Source: Zygnema circumcarinatum SAG 698-1b
Taxonomy: Eukaryota > Plantae > Zygnematophyceae
Assembly (NCBI GenBank): GCA_037447605.1
Contig: CM074811.1
Location: forward strand, 1,984,001-2,048,000
Reading direction: 5' to 3'
Length of the DNA stretch: 64,000 nt
Shown here: one piece after another, positions 1 to 13,786 of the stretch
How the letters are laid out: every line of letters starts with the position of its first letter
How positions within the stretch are numbered: position 1 is the first letter of the stretch
Notes under the pieces: model-generated
The model's database searches: none
What the model saw: only the letters and a program-made list of their open reading frames with translations
What the model was told of the DNA's origin: nothing
Made by a program: the position numbers and the translations under genes

Positions 1-506
1 AGTTACTCATAATTTCCGTAATTTTCTTTAGTCCAATTTGAGCTTTAAGATAAGAGCCATCAGGAATCAAATTTTTTTTTAGCAAAATGACCGTGTGTGT
101 GTGAGTGAGTGAGGTACTCAATATAAAAGAAGAAGTCTGGTAGTGGAATTGAAAGGAATCAAGTGCGAGAGGTTCTACAGTACAAAGAAGAGAGCACGAA
201 TCGAACAAAAAACTGCAAATACTATATCAGAAAACTTGTGGATTTCTTTTTTAATGATTTAATTTGAGCTAAAGCCATCCAAATGCTTCGAGGAACAATT
301 AACAGTCATATGTTATCCCTTCGTAGCATAAAAACCCAGAAAAACAGGGAAAATAAACTTGTAATGTTATCTTACATCGAATATGCGTCGTATTCCTACC
401 ACAATCTCACTCGAAATATGCATGTCCATTCCAAAATTTTGAGTTTTGCAAGTCTTGTAAGGTTTTACTTGTTCCCTTAGAAGTTTGATAGACGACCAGA
501 ACTCAC

Positions 507-1874
507 CGTACGCTTGCCGTCATCGGACTGAACACTGCTGCCCTTCTGCAACAAGCCGTAACGGATGCCTGGCATGAGCCCGAGGTCCTTCGCCTTCTGG
601 GGATCAAACTTTCCCTGCAGCGTTGGTAGCTCACAGACATACACCACAGCCAGGTCAGCTGGCTGTACCCTGACTCTCCCTCTGCCATTCTTAGGGCTTC
701 CATTTCCACTATTGCTAAAGCCCTCACTCTCTTTATTTGCCCTGCCGTCGTCATCAATAGGCGTAGCCCCAATTCCTACGTCCTTCGTGTCCGGAATAAG
801 TATTGCTGCTAAAATCTTCACCGTATCATCATCATAAACTGGCAATAGATCATTGGACGAGTCCAGCTTCTCCCCTGCAGTCTCCGCTTCCTTGAGAGCG
901 CCGCTTTCTTTCTGCGTATTCCCACGTCTAGGAGATCTCAACCTGCTCGGCTGCAGATCATCTCCAAAGCTCTGAGCGCGCACGACAGCGCCAGGAACAA
1001 AGGTCCTCATGGCGTCAACAAGCTTCTGCAAGTTTGAGGGTCCCATAACGTGAACTGTGGTGGATAAGTTCATCAAAGTGAGCAGGAGTCCAGGAAGGCC
1101 TCCAGCTGTCTCGCTGCAAACACGAGTAAGAAGAATATTATCTATTCGGGTGAACCGGATTTTGTGCTCCATGCAGTACCGCTGCAGGCCCTCGCCTGCA
1201 TTGAAGATAAAGCGTCGGACAGGGTTCTCCATGAACAGCATCACAGAAGGCGCGGTATCTTCAGTATCGAGCCCAGTGCCCATGATCTGCACATAAGATA
1301 GGGCAGACCTTATGGGAGCCGAATTTTTCGACCTACTAGGCGCTTTTTCTGCCACCGCAAGGAGAGCTTTTGGCGCCATAACGTCCCTCCCTCCTCCGTC
1401 AATGTTTGGCCTTTGACTCTTTCGTTGCTTTCGCGGTTCCTCCCCTTGTACCGTTTTCCCTTCGCGTTTTTTTCCAACCTTCCCTTCTTCCAAGGCCTCT
1501 TTCCCAGCTGCCTTTGCTTCTGCAACCTGACCTAAAACAACTTCCGAACTTGGAATTGCGTGCGACTTGCTTTCGTCCATTAGAGCAGCCGCAGAAAAGG
1601 GCGCACGCCAAACCTTCCTGCTGCAAAAGAAAGCTCCAGAAGCTAGCGAGCCACAGCCATTGCGAGACAAACAGCTGCTCCTTCCACAGAGACAGCCGCG
1701 AACGGCGTGCAGAGCGCCGCTGGGTGCAGGAGAGACGACGAGAGTGTGCGAAGAGAGAGGCGAGTGAGCGCCCGAGAGAGGAAATGGAATAGAAAGAAGG
1801 AGAGGGAGAGGGCGAGGGCGGGGGAGAGCGTGCGGCGCGGAGGAAGGCGCGGGCCGCAGAGGAGGCACGCGCAT
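507..1874 (-). CDS. tRNase Z, long form (ELAC2/TRZ3-4-like), first coding exon; gene continues beyond window start
   Basis: YVQIMGTGLDTEDTAPSVMLF...FIFNAGEGLQRYCMEHKIRFTRIDNILLTRVCSETAGGLPGLLLTL and exosite GKFDPQKAKDLGLMPGIRYGLLQKG match the plant long tRNase Z N-half. GTGAGT donor at 506. Start uncertain: ATG 1874 gives an S/P/R/L-rich transit-like leader; a shorter start MDESK lies downstream. Confidence 0.9.
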
Positions 1875-2531
1875 GGCGCCGCCTCTCCCTTCCTCTCTCC
1901 CGCGCGCACTGCCCTTGAGCTCAAAGCGAGAGTGAGGGGAGGCCCTGCGCCTGCGCGCTCCGGCGAGCACAGGACCGTACAACATGCCTCGTGGCCCAAT
2001 CACTGAACGCAAAGTGGGTTTGACGGAAGTACTTTGAGCAGACGGAGGGCGATGGTCGCATGGTATGCGGAGGGAAGAGGGAGGAGGACGTGGCATTAAC
2101 TCTGAAGGGAAGGCGTCCAGCGATGAAACTTTGGGAGGAAAATTCTCGTGTTGGGCTGCTGCTGCTTGTTTTCGTTCTCGTTCTCCTTACCATGGAGAGC
2201 AAGCAGCTGCTGAGTGTGGAAATTCTAATGAAGTACTCGCGGTGGGACAGCAATCAAAGTCCAAACGGGGCATAGAAGGAAGACTTCACGGGACGAACGG
2301 CCCAGTTAAACGACCAGACTGAACGGAAGAAACGAGGGCCAAAGCTACACCCAACGACAAAAAAGTGAACCACACAAAACGAAATTAAACCAAGGGAAAC
2401 AAGGAGAAACCAAAGGAAGCGAGGTGAAACGGACATTAGGGCCTATAAACAATGGGAAAACGTTCCAGAATCCTTAGCCCTTATCCAACCAATTGATGAG
2501 AAAGTCAGGGCACTCAATCGCACATTTTATC

Positions 2532-4615
2532 CTAACTGGCTTGCTCCTCTGGCCTCTCGAGTCGACTCACAATAATCTCCGGTGGATACTCCGAGCCTCT
2601 TACATGGAGCATATAGATTGCTGCACAGACACACGAAATAACTTACTTTGAGCACTCTCCAATGAAGAAAACAAATTCAGCTTCTACTCTAAGTATAGGC
2701 AATGGCCACTGGTAACAGTCTGACCGAAGTCATTCCATGTGTCAGCATAACAGGCCTGTAAGGTTATCAAAACCAGACAGTTCCAGTTGTCTTGAACAGC
2801 AACTCCTTGCGAGTAGTGGCAAACCTAATTTCAGCCGCTCTGCAGCGAGTGAAACAGATCTCACTATCTCCGAAGATTGGGTTCGCCAACTTACCATTTT
2901 CAACCTTCAGGAGACTTTGTTCCATTACCGACAGCTTTTTTCCGAGTTCCCGGACACTGTTCTTTGGGAGGTTGCTAAAGTTCTCATGCAACGACCGCAA
3001 AAAATTACAAACCAACGAGGCTGCCTCTTGCTGGCCTGCGGCAATGCTGCTTATGGCCAAGCGCATAAGCTCGCCAGTAAGGTCAGCAACCTGCAGAAAA
3101 CTCCACAGCAAGCATGAGACATAGGAACAGAGAAGTCCCGCATAGAATGTTTCACATCAACAAATATCAAGAAGATATGTACACTTCAGAATACATGGAG
3201 TATACGAGGGAGGGCTTGCTTACACCCAGAAGGTAGTCCTCCAAAGAGGCTTCAAAGGGTCGACCTGCAGAGTCCAAAATTTCAGCTATTGCAGCATTCA
3301 ATTCGTCGAGGCGAAGAAGATCGTTAGTGGTGCAATAGTGAAGGAATGTTGCAGCTTCTATGAACTCCTGCATCTGCGGACGGAACATGGAAGAGCTCAA
3401 GTGACCATCAGGTTGTGCACAAAATGAGTGCAGCAGACAAAAGATAACCTTTTGGAAGTAATGGAAGTCAATTAACATGGAACTGAACACGCTGAAGTTT
3501 TTTCCAACATGTATTCTCAGGCATACAGTGCAAAATATCTTGAACGGAACGATGGTATCTGACTGGGACATCATCAGCCTCCCATACTTCTTCCTGTCCC
3601 TCTATCTCTCAGCGGTAGACAACTCACATGACAGCTGATATAATCTACACCCATTGGATGAAGCATCATAATCAACTCGTATGGTCTGTCCGCATCACCA
3701 TGCACGGGCTTCATCGAATGTTCGCGCAACCCGTCATTGTACATTCAAGAGAAGCTCATACTCAGCCTCGCCAAAGGGTCAAGGGAATGCCTTATTCACT
3801 ATTTGACAAAAGTCTGGGCCTCTACTTGGATCATGTGCATAAGAACTTACTCCACTGGTGTATGCACTTCTAAATCTCCAGTAATCTTCTCCCTGTAACT
3901 CCCGCGCAATCCGTGTCATATGGCTGTTCTTCACTGTCTCCAGGTCCTTTGCTGCTTGCTCCAAGACGACCTTGCGATTGGCAGAAACTGCCCTGCCCCG
4001 AGCACCATGAAAGGCAGCAATACTTTCAGAAGCTGATGAAGTTGCCGCAACAAAAACGTATCGTGAATCTCAGTTGACGGGGACTGTAACTAGTACTTCA
4101 GCGGTTTGAACTTGAGAAAAAACAGATCACACCGTTGTTTACCATAATACCTGTGCAGCTGGAAAATAACTTTTTTGCTATACATGGTCAAATCTCGGCT
4201 CGCCTTCACAAGCCTCTCGCGCCGTTCATTCTGTGAATCCTCCGTCAACCTTTCCCAGTTTAATAATTGCAGTCTGCAAAGAGAGTCGTGTCATTGGGCA
4301 CTCAGACAGACATCTTCCATTTGGAGAAAGCCTGAGTCAGACTGCTTGGCACTCATAGACACGCGCATCTTGGTTTACTTAGAGACGACTACCTCATCGA
4401 CAATGCATACATAGACGATAGTCGTAGCTGTCTTTGTGAAAGCATCCTTCGGCTGCCTCAGTAGACTCGGCGAAACTTTTTTTTTCAGGCCGTAATCGTT
4501 GCATTCTCAAAGAACTAATGCAATGCTTCGAAGCAATTGTTGCCAGACTTACCACTTGATCAATCTGATGTGCATACTGCTGAAACTGGTCAGCAAACTT
4601 GCTGGAAGTTCCCAT
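2532..4615 (-). CDS. TSNAX: Translin-associated factor X (TRAX), multi-exon
   Basis: Spliced exons read MGTSSKFADQFQQYAHQIDQV/NERRERLVKASRDLTMYSKKVIFQLHR/...ELQGEDYWRFRSAYTSG/MQEFIEAATF...EDYLLG/VADLTGELMRLAI...SLLKVEN/AIYMLHVRGSEYPP...QAS*. TAG at 2532-2534. Confidence 0.92.
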
Positions 4616-6365
4616 GAATTCGTTCCAACTTTTGCCACTTCTCTTCACCTGCCACACTAGTCATTTGCAAAAAATTATGACGCCTCCACCCTTACTTGAC
4701 GCTTTTGTTGCTCACACTCTTTGGCCACTTCAGCGCAACTGAGCCACACAGTTGAATCAGCGTCATGGCATTACCCCAGCAACCACTACTCTATCCAACA
4801 TTAAAAACAGGCGCTGACCTTCTTTCAGCTCCTCGCACTGGCCCTTCCTCTCGCCTTTGGTTCCCCTTCGGAAACGACAGGATATTCAGCTTATCAAACT
4901 ACAGTCCTGTACAATCCTGAAGTGAAAATTGTCCGGCAGTTCCGCACTCAATAGCGATAAAGCTTGCGGCGAGAGCTCCCTGCAAGCCAGCAACATCATA
5001 TGATCGCGTACAGCAATAATGCTTACAATGCTTACAATGATGCTTGCAATTCTTAAATTCACGAGCATCCCTAGTGGTGAAGGCCTTGCCAGACCGAGAA
5101 CACCAAGTGCCAAATTTCCTGCTATAATTTTTTTTTTTTTCAAAGCGAGCATCTACCAATGACGACTCGCCACGTATGCAACTATGTACACGTGGCGAAC
5201 TTTAATTGGAAATGCGTCTGCAAACCGTTCAACTTGCGCCTTCCTATTCGGTGCTTTCTGCGATTTTCCTCGTTACAAGGGGCGGGGCTGCGGCAAAGCT
5301 CGCAGGGGCCTTCGGAGCAGCTCGAGTGAAGGTGAAGGCGGCGAGTGCTGCCGCTCATATGCTACCCGTCGGGGGGGAACGATTGGAGGCCCATTTGATC
5401 TCCCTCTGCTATTTGGGACAGCGTAATATTTCGAGTGCACATGAAGTGACAGTGTGGCAGAGAGAAAGCTTGTCCAATACCAAGATTTGCATGAGAAGCA
5501 TTCGCAAAGTAACAGACAAGAGACGCTGAGATAGGCTCTGTCAAATTTCAACAATATTGATTTTGATCAAATTGACTTGCCAAAAGTGGCTTGCCAGGAC
5601 TAGCTCCGCTTTTCAATTTTTGCAAATTTCTGTAACAAATATCGTTTTTAAATATAGGCCAAACTAAATAGCTTCCTACTTTATCAATTTGTATGGGCGC
5701 AATTCGCCTCCAAGGAATCTGTGCACTTGCGTACTTTCAAATATGTAAACATTTAAATATGTTAGACTGAGCCTTACTTCTTTTCTCTACTTCTTCCATT
5801 TCATCTTTAGAGGATTTTCCTTCCCGAGACATATTCAACAAGCTCAATCATCCAATGCACAGCACACTTATCCTAAAAATTTATTCCAAAATTGACCAGG
5901 AGCACAAGCATCCTATGCTTTCCCTCAAGGCTCCGGTTAACAACAACTCAGAATACGGTAGCCTTATACAGTCCCTTCCTAAAACCTAGTCACCAGAAAA
6001 CAACATGATGAACAACATGAACCATACGATCAAAGGGTCTAAAGATTCACAACACTCGCTTATCACTCAACAAGTGTGACTCTGTCCATATAGTTCCGTG
6101 CACTACTTGCGTACAGAAACTCTATGAACTCAGAACTCTATGTCTAATTGTACGGATCTCAACAGTAATTGCTCCAGATACTAAGGCAAGTAAAATGGCA
6201 CTAAAGGGATACTAAGGGCTTTCTGACGTAATCCCCAATCCAACCAGGGAACCCGTTGGGACTTATCATCACATGACCACATTTATGAACTTCACCTGTT
6301 GAAAGAGAGAGCTCATTTCCTAATTAAGTCACCGCTGCGGCAGCAAGCCACGGCTGTACACTTTT

Positions 6366-9300
6366 CTACTTTTGGCGCTTGTAAATCTTCGCCAGGAATG
6401 CCAAGAAGACCGCCTGCATGTGCAGATTCGCATCCACCCTTGCAAGCCATCTTTAGGTCGTTTGTACGGCAGGAGTTGCAGGGTCAATGTGCAGCCAATG
6501 ATGCATGGTGAGGCCGCCTCATGTATTGGAATTAACATGTGAAGCAGAGAATGAAATTCGTCACGTGGGGTTGGAACTGCAAGGAAGAATGGTCAAATCA
6601 TATGACAAGCCTAGTGCTAGGATAAATAACGCATTACCTGAAAGGAGGGGTCTTCCAGTTGAGCAATTGCTTGTCTCAGTTGAACGTATGTCACACGCTC
6701 ATATTCTACAAATGCCTCCTGCAAGAGGGAACATCCATGAGAGGAACCTTTCAGAATAGTAGAGAGAGTTCAATGAGTTCCTCCGTGTGATCTCATTGGT
6801 TTCGTCATCATTGAAGAATGCCATTCCAAGCAGCTACCCAACCAACTACAGCGACCTGAGTGATCTAAAAAATGGGATCAAATGTAAAATATTTCTGGCG
6901 ACATGCAAGAAAAAAATTGATTCGTCACTGTAGCAATTTGAAACCCTCATGCGGCCTTTGAACATTTCAGCTGCTTTTGCTTCGATTTCATGCCTAAAAG
7001 GCGTTAGAAGATACCTTCAACTTCAAGTCCTCGTAAAGTTGCTTCACTCGAGCAACGCAGTCTGGGTCTCTTTTTCCATAATTGGCCTGCCGACAGACAC
7101 ACAAATTTGCGAGAGTCCAAAAGGGCAGGAACACTTCGCTGACTTCTGAAACCATAGGAAATGAAGCCATGAGGATTATCATTTGATATATGAACACAAG
7201 TTCCCTTTTTGCCCAGCCCATCCTCCTTTCCTGCCTTCAGCCCCTACCTTCAAGTGCTCGCGCTGCTCCTCTGAGGCACGCTGCAGGGCCTGCACCACGA
7301 GCCATGAGCATTTTGTGTCTTCGATATCTGTGCCCACCTGCCTCCATCGCAGCCACCCAAAACTATGAGAACTTTGAAAGACCAACTGAGAACAAGGACA
7401 GGATCATCCAATTCACTCTACCCATGAGTCAAATCCGGCTGCATGCCATCTAGAAAGAATGCGTAGATGACAACGCTCAATTTGCAGAATCCACCGAAGT
7501 TTGCGTTAAAAGGCAACTATCAGTCTCTGAGGCCTATAACGCAACTTCTTTGACATCATACATGCAAAGGTTACAGAGAGAACTAGGGATGAGTGACAAC
7601 CAATATGCGCTTTAATCCGGGAAAATGCTGACTTTCATTTCATCACACTCCAGTGGTTAAACAATTGTTTCAGAATGATCAGATATTCTCTTGTGTGCTT
7701 TCTTGAACCTTACATCCCCAACACTGTTTTACAATTGACAATTACCTTGCCAATGAAGGAAGGGTCCCCATAGCAGTCCAGGACATCATCCTGCCATCAC
7801 CCATAGCCAACAAAACCCCCAAACTGTGAGACAGACACGCGTGGGAAACTCCTCCCCTGTTTATCAAGAAGTTGGTAGGGGCAATGGGGTGCAATTCAGG
7901 ACCTGCACTTGAAAGTAAGTTCCCATCTGCACCAAAATGTCCTTGGCCGTTTTGAACATGCTTTCATCCTTCTCGCCGGTCAGAAGCATGGCACAAGCGA
8001 CCTGCAAATAAGCCATACAATACATGAGTGAGAGCATAGCATCATAAACTTCCCCTGCACACTCAGATTTTGTATCCCTCCATATCCCTTTGAGCTTACC
8101 TTTGAGTTCTATTCCGAGTTGATGACTCATCTGACTGGGACAAATGCTTCGTCAGACAAGTTCCCACCTCAAGATTAATTTCTCACATTCGACGCTTTTT
8201 CTAGAACTACAGCAAACCACGAACGGGACGGGCCACACCCCTAACCCTAAGGAAAGAAACCTTCTCTGCCATGCAACGTGGACAAGCCAAGATTGGTCTT
8301 AATAGAGTTCATCAATGGCCATTCCTTGCCGCAAAAGGTCCTCAGCGACCGTACCGGCAAGTAAAAGGAATAATAGGCAGTTTTGTACTGCACGATTTTC
8401 ACATACCTGCAAAACATCCAGGCCCTCAAAGACTACTGTAAAGGCACAGAGAAATCAAACCAAGGGCATTGAAGGTAGAACGATGACTTACTGTCAACAG
8501 CTGCAAGCATTTTTTTTCTTGTTTAAGTGAAAGGGCAAGCGTCGTCTTCATACAATGCCCCGGTTCTAGCAAGCATTGTTCAGAACACAGAAACCCAGTG
8601 CAAGGTAAGGATGAAGTGAAAAAGGACTGGAAGAAATACACCTCACAAATGCTGAAGAGTAGAGTCCCACGATCAGGGAGGATAAATGCATTGAACAGTG
8701 AAATACGTGAACTAACTTTGTTGGTGGGGGCAAGTGGAATATCTTACGTGGAAATGGTGTACTTTGACAAATCTACCTCCCCTTCTGGAGTCGTAATCAG
8801 ATCCAGCATTTGCCCGCATGCTGTCTGATAAGAGACCTGCCCATCCACATCCGCATCCACATCCACATTCATTCATTCATTCCAAATCTTGGCACAGGTT
8901 CACAGCAGTATTCAGCCAACAATTGCATGGCCTGGCATTTACACCTTAAAAGTGAAGGAAACAGCAGTTATATAGGGCCTGAAATAGAAGACTACAGAGT
9001 TCGAAAGACGACGTTGAACGATGTTCAAGAACGACGCAGACGATGATAAATATGACTTTATGTTTGACAGAGCTTGATGATGCTCAAAAAGGGCGCTTCA
9101 ATGAATCGGACCTCGTTGAAAAGGTCGATCAGATCCACATAGTAGGGCTCAGACTTGAAGTGACGCTTGAGGATGAGGAAGATGTGGGAGCTCAACAGGA
9201 TGGCATCGTTGATGGCTATGAGGCCCACCTGCTCCTCACCCAATGCCACCCTCCTACACTGCTAGTGGGTCTGCTGACGTTAAGCTTTTAAAGGCAACTT

Positions 9301-11416
9301 GAGAAAAACAGAGCTCAATATGACCACAAGTGGAGACTGTCAGGGAAGGCAGAGAGACGGGGGTGAAGAAGAAAGCAGGGATGAGAGAGGTTCCGCTTGC
9401 ACAGGTTTTACCTTTGGGACTTTGTACCAGCAGGGATTTCCTCGGCGAGTGATTGAATGATCCATGATATCGTCCATGACCAGAAAATAGCCCTGGAGCT
9501 GAATCCACTTTCCATGCGTGCAGTCAGTCACCACTGTTGCGATTTGCCTGACTTACGTTGGGAAGATTATTGCTCGTTTTCTTCATTGACAGATTCAGAC
9601 TTGACTTCTTAAAAGGAAATCAACACTAGAATAGCTCACGCACCGAGTGACAAAAACTGCTTTGTTAACGCGTGACCAATTGATTCTATTCACACCTTAC
9701 TGTCATTCGATTCCGTCAAAAAATAAAAACGTCTAAAAGATCAAAAAGTTGTAGTCATAACACTCTCCACAGACAAGCATTAAATGGAAAGTAGATGTCT
9801 GGATAGGCTGCCTATTTACCCATTCAATGCACCATCCAAGGGAGCAGGCTTTGAAAACCTCCTCCTCAGTAAGCGCGCCATCCTTCTTCAGCAGCCTCGC
9901 ACTATCCACCACTGACAGCCCACGGTTCAATTTTCCTGCCACATTCCCAAACACTTTTCATCGTATAGGAACTTATGAATGTTATCCTGTTGCTGGACAG
10001 CGAAGGATAGTTCGTCATTTTCGGGCAGTAACCACAAAGTCAAAGAGAAAAACTCCAAATGGCAAGCAATTCACATGTAAATATCTCTTTGGCCATTGCC
10101 TGACTTTAAGAAATCCCAAATCTGACGGTCAAGCATCTGCTGCCAACTGCCTTGCTCACCTCCAGGAACGTTGTAGTCCATGTTCTGTACTCCTTCCAAC
10201 CCATAGCCCAAAAAATGGGAACAAAAGAGAAATAAGGAGATGAATATCATATCAGAAAAATACAATCCACACCTCTTTGATTTGAAGGCAATCTCATAAT
10301 ATGCCAAACTTTATCCGCAACAATGGAGACACATTGCATGTCTCAAGAAACACTGTTCGTTGGAAGCAAGAGAAAGATTACTCCAGAGAACTGGAGCACA
10401 AGAAACATCCTTTCAACTGGTCAAGGAACCCAAAAAAAGATGTCAGTATGATTGAATCCGAACATACATAAGTGGCTGCTGCTGAGAAGCTCTACTCAAC
10501 AACAACAACAACAAAAAGCTGACCTTCTCAGACCATTCTCTCGACTCTGGTGTGTGCTGAAAGCTTTCAGTATCCGCCAAAAGTCCTGCCTTCAGTATGG
10601 AGTACACCTCCAAAAACTTCTCCCGGTTAGTTGGTGCTTTAGCTTTTCCCACTCCCGTGTCATTCGCATCTGTAACAGTCAAGCCAGTAGCCCAATCCGT
10701 CCCAATAGCTCTCATTAGCCAACATCTCTAATTTTCTATTGTTTTGCAGCCTATGAGGTGATTTCGGCACTAGACGCCATAAAACTCGAGCTCATCCATT
10801 GATGGGGGGCATCTAGTGATGAAAACAAATGCTAATAAGTCAAGATCAAAAAAGCAATTTAGTTATTATTGGAGCCATTAACTCTATATGAATCACTTGC
10901 GGTCTCCTCTCTGGTTGCAAAAGAAGTTATTCAACCGGAGGGATAAGTCAAATATTAAGAGGTTAAAGAAGCTAAAGGTTGGGCATTTGCCAGAATGACA
11001 GTCGATCCACCCTCGATAAATAGTGACTAAAAGGGATTCCAGTTTGCCACAACGAATATAAGAGCGAGGCACGGCTGGTTAACGGGATAGAAGTGACATA
11101 CATTCATCCCGAGAAAAATTGATATGGAGGAATCTTGTCTCGTGATACCCGCTAAAGAATAATGCACCATGCGCTGCTGCTCCACATGGAGAGCCAAGTT
11201 CTATAAGGCTGGGCATGCTAGCTCTGTAAAGCAACTCATTGCCAATTTGATATGAGAGTTAATAATGTCGTTTCTAAGTAGAGGGGCAAAATCACTTGTC
11301 ATTCTAGTCATGAGGACTGTTGAGTGGATGGAAATTCTGAAATAGGTGGTCAGCGACGTACCGTCGCCCTTAAGAGGAACGTCAACTATTTCACCTCCGC
11401 CAGTAGAAGCAGCCAT
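6366..11416 (-). CDS. FPS: Farnesyl diphosphate synthase, multi-exon (possible 5' extension to 13170)
   Basis: [35 protein letters not shown] (first Asp-rich motif with Y/F chain-length residues), [57 protein letters not shown]-terminus KIYKRQK*. Exon 11395-11428 joins 10669 in phase to give MAASTGG-DANDT. Confidence 0.96.
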
Positions 11417-13169
11417 GGAAGCAAGCACCTTTCACCAGCAACAAAACCAACGAGTACCGTCAGTGTCCAAACACAGGGTGCATGTGGCTGAAAGTGGATG
11501 AATGGTACGAATTTACAAATCCATATCATTCTCTTTTTATTAATTGAACATAGCGAATGGAAAATCAAATGCTGCATGCGATGCATCCGAATGTGCAAAG
11601 CTCGTCAAAAACAAACCCCTCAAATCCTCTATGTTTTCCAGTATGTAACATGATAAATGAACTGAGGTTGTCTGGACCAGGTTCGGCTAGTATTATGGGA
11701 GATATAAGATTGCTGGTCAAAAACATTTAGGTCCACTTATAAAGCTCGTCGTAATCAATGTAGCGACGAAAGCATGAAGCATGTTGTCAAGCCAACGTTT
11801 GCAGGGTATGGACTATACGACTGAGCAAAAACAAACTGTTCCATTTCCCTATCAAGGCAACAGTTTAAAGGTAAAATTCTCGATGTGAGCGAACACCTCA
11901 TCAGTGTACTCAAGTGAAATACTGATACGTATCAAAATCCAACATACATGAGACGAATTAGTTTCGACAAAGGCGGTGTGTCTAAAATCAACTTTCGTTT
12001 GAAGTGAGTTGCGTAACGAGGGACTCCAGATGTTGAGAACTCCAGTTTTACCAGCACTTAACCGCTTCACAACCATCATTACACCGTTTCCTGTGAATAG
12101 AAATATAGCAGGTTAAATAAATGGCTGATGTATACAGCTGTCACTAAACCAAGCTAGGTGCTAAAGGATCAAAAGAGAAAAGTAGCTGTACTGTTGGATG
12201 TACGGAGAAAAAGTTGAGTAGTCCTGCGAACAACAAATAGCTTGAATTCAACTCCAATCTTTTGAAGATATAAGAAACGTGGACCAAACACCAAAGTGAC
12301 AAGGTATTGAACTACTGTGAACTGCTCGATTATCTGAGACCTCCCTCGCAAATAAATTCAACTTAATGGGAATGGATCAAGGGACGAGAGGTAAAGAACA
12401 TTGGTCTAAATGAGAACTCCTTCCATGAGAAGCTTCTAAGGTAACAATGGAAATGTTTTGCATAGGAAAAGGATTGTCCATCGATCTAAAATCTCCTTTT
12501 CTAAAACTGAAAAATGATATGTAGCCATCCTCACTGTAAGAAACCTATTCGACAACAGCACTCGTGGAACAATCTCAGTAGGCGCACCCTGTTGGATGAC
12601 ATAGCGACAGAAAACACACCATGCATGACCATGACAACTCTCCTTGGTATTCACGCGTTCAAAAAGGTTGGAAAAAAAAAGAAGTGAAGTATTAAAAATA
12701 AATAGGACTCCGAAGCTCAAAAGTACTTGAGCGAACGCCTGAGCCCGCATTTGCACTGAACCAACAATCTTGCAAGCTCCATGCTTGCACCTTTGCATTA
12801 CTAACAAACAAGCGAATGGTAAAATCCCAGTTCCCTGGACACTTGATCTGGAGTAGCTCCTACATTTTAAGCAAAATGGCGAGAAAACAAATACTTTGCC
12901 GCGAAATCTGCAGTAGAAGATGTGCGCATTGACATACCCTGCCGCGGCGCGCTGGTCCTCTCCGCCTGCTTGCAGAAGAAGCGCAGGCGCGCAGGCAGGC
13001 CCTCGCCCTCACCCTGCCCTTGCCCTGCTCAGCGGTCCCGCCAGCAGCCCACTCCGCCCCTCCCCGCCCCGGCCTGAGCAGCACAGCGCAGCGCTCCGTT
13101 GCAAGCTGCAAGAGGTAGGGAGGGAGAGCGCTAGGGAGGAAGGGAGAACGCTAGGAAGGGAGGGCGCCA

Positions 13170-13720
13170 TTCCCTGCAACACAGCACCATGCCGTACTGT
13201 AACTGTACTGTACAGTTCTGTACAGTACAGTAAAGGGCCCTCGTAGTTTCCACCCTGTACAGTGCGTCCCCAAGAAATTCGCCATGATTTTGCCGAAACC
13301 ACTTTTTTGTACGGTAACTCTGTGTTAGCCGTACTATTCTTACTATCCGTACTTGCTGCACTAGCCGTTACGGACTTCAGCAAAACACCGAATCTTCCCG
13401 CACTTGCCGCCGTAAGAGGCGCTCGCTCCTCTCCCCTTCTTCTTGGATTCGATACGGGACGATACGATACGATACTTTGAGTTACGATATTGTACGGTAC
13501 AGTACGATATGGTATGGTACGATACGTACGAACAAACATGAACTCTAACATAATACCGCCCGCCTATTGGTAACACGAACCTTCTATTTGCAAAATCAAG
13601 ATTTTCGCCCCATATTTGCCAAAACCATGGCGAAAATATGAGGACCCCTTACTGTACAGTACAGTACATCGGCTGTAGAGGCCGTACCGTACGGCCCGCA
13701 TTGGCAGGCAGTGTGCAGGG

Positions 13721-13755
<35 letters not shown>

Positions 13756-13786
13756 TGGCCGCGGCGTGATCGGACAAGCGAGGCCA
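13170..13786. promoter_or_regulatory. Probable divergent promoter between FPS and the tandem-NAP gene, with TACGA/GTACA-rich and (GCCT)n simple repeats
   Basis: Head-to-head ATGs at 13170 (-) and 13786 (+). Low-complexity gatacgatacgatac and gtacagtacagta tracts; (cctg)n at ~13721-13754. Confidence 0.45.

Noticed and set aside
1875-2096. N-terminal 74 aa of the 539-aa ORF as part of tRNase Z
   Set aside because: Looks like open promoter or UTR sequence; downstream ATGs give more plausible starts
507-4615. tRNase Z next to TRAX as an RNA-processing cluster
   Set aside because: Two housekeeping neighbours; nothing beyond adjacency supports it
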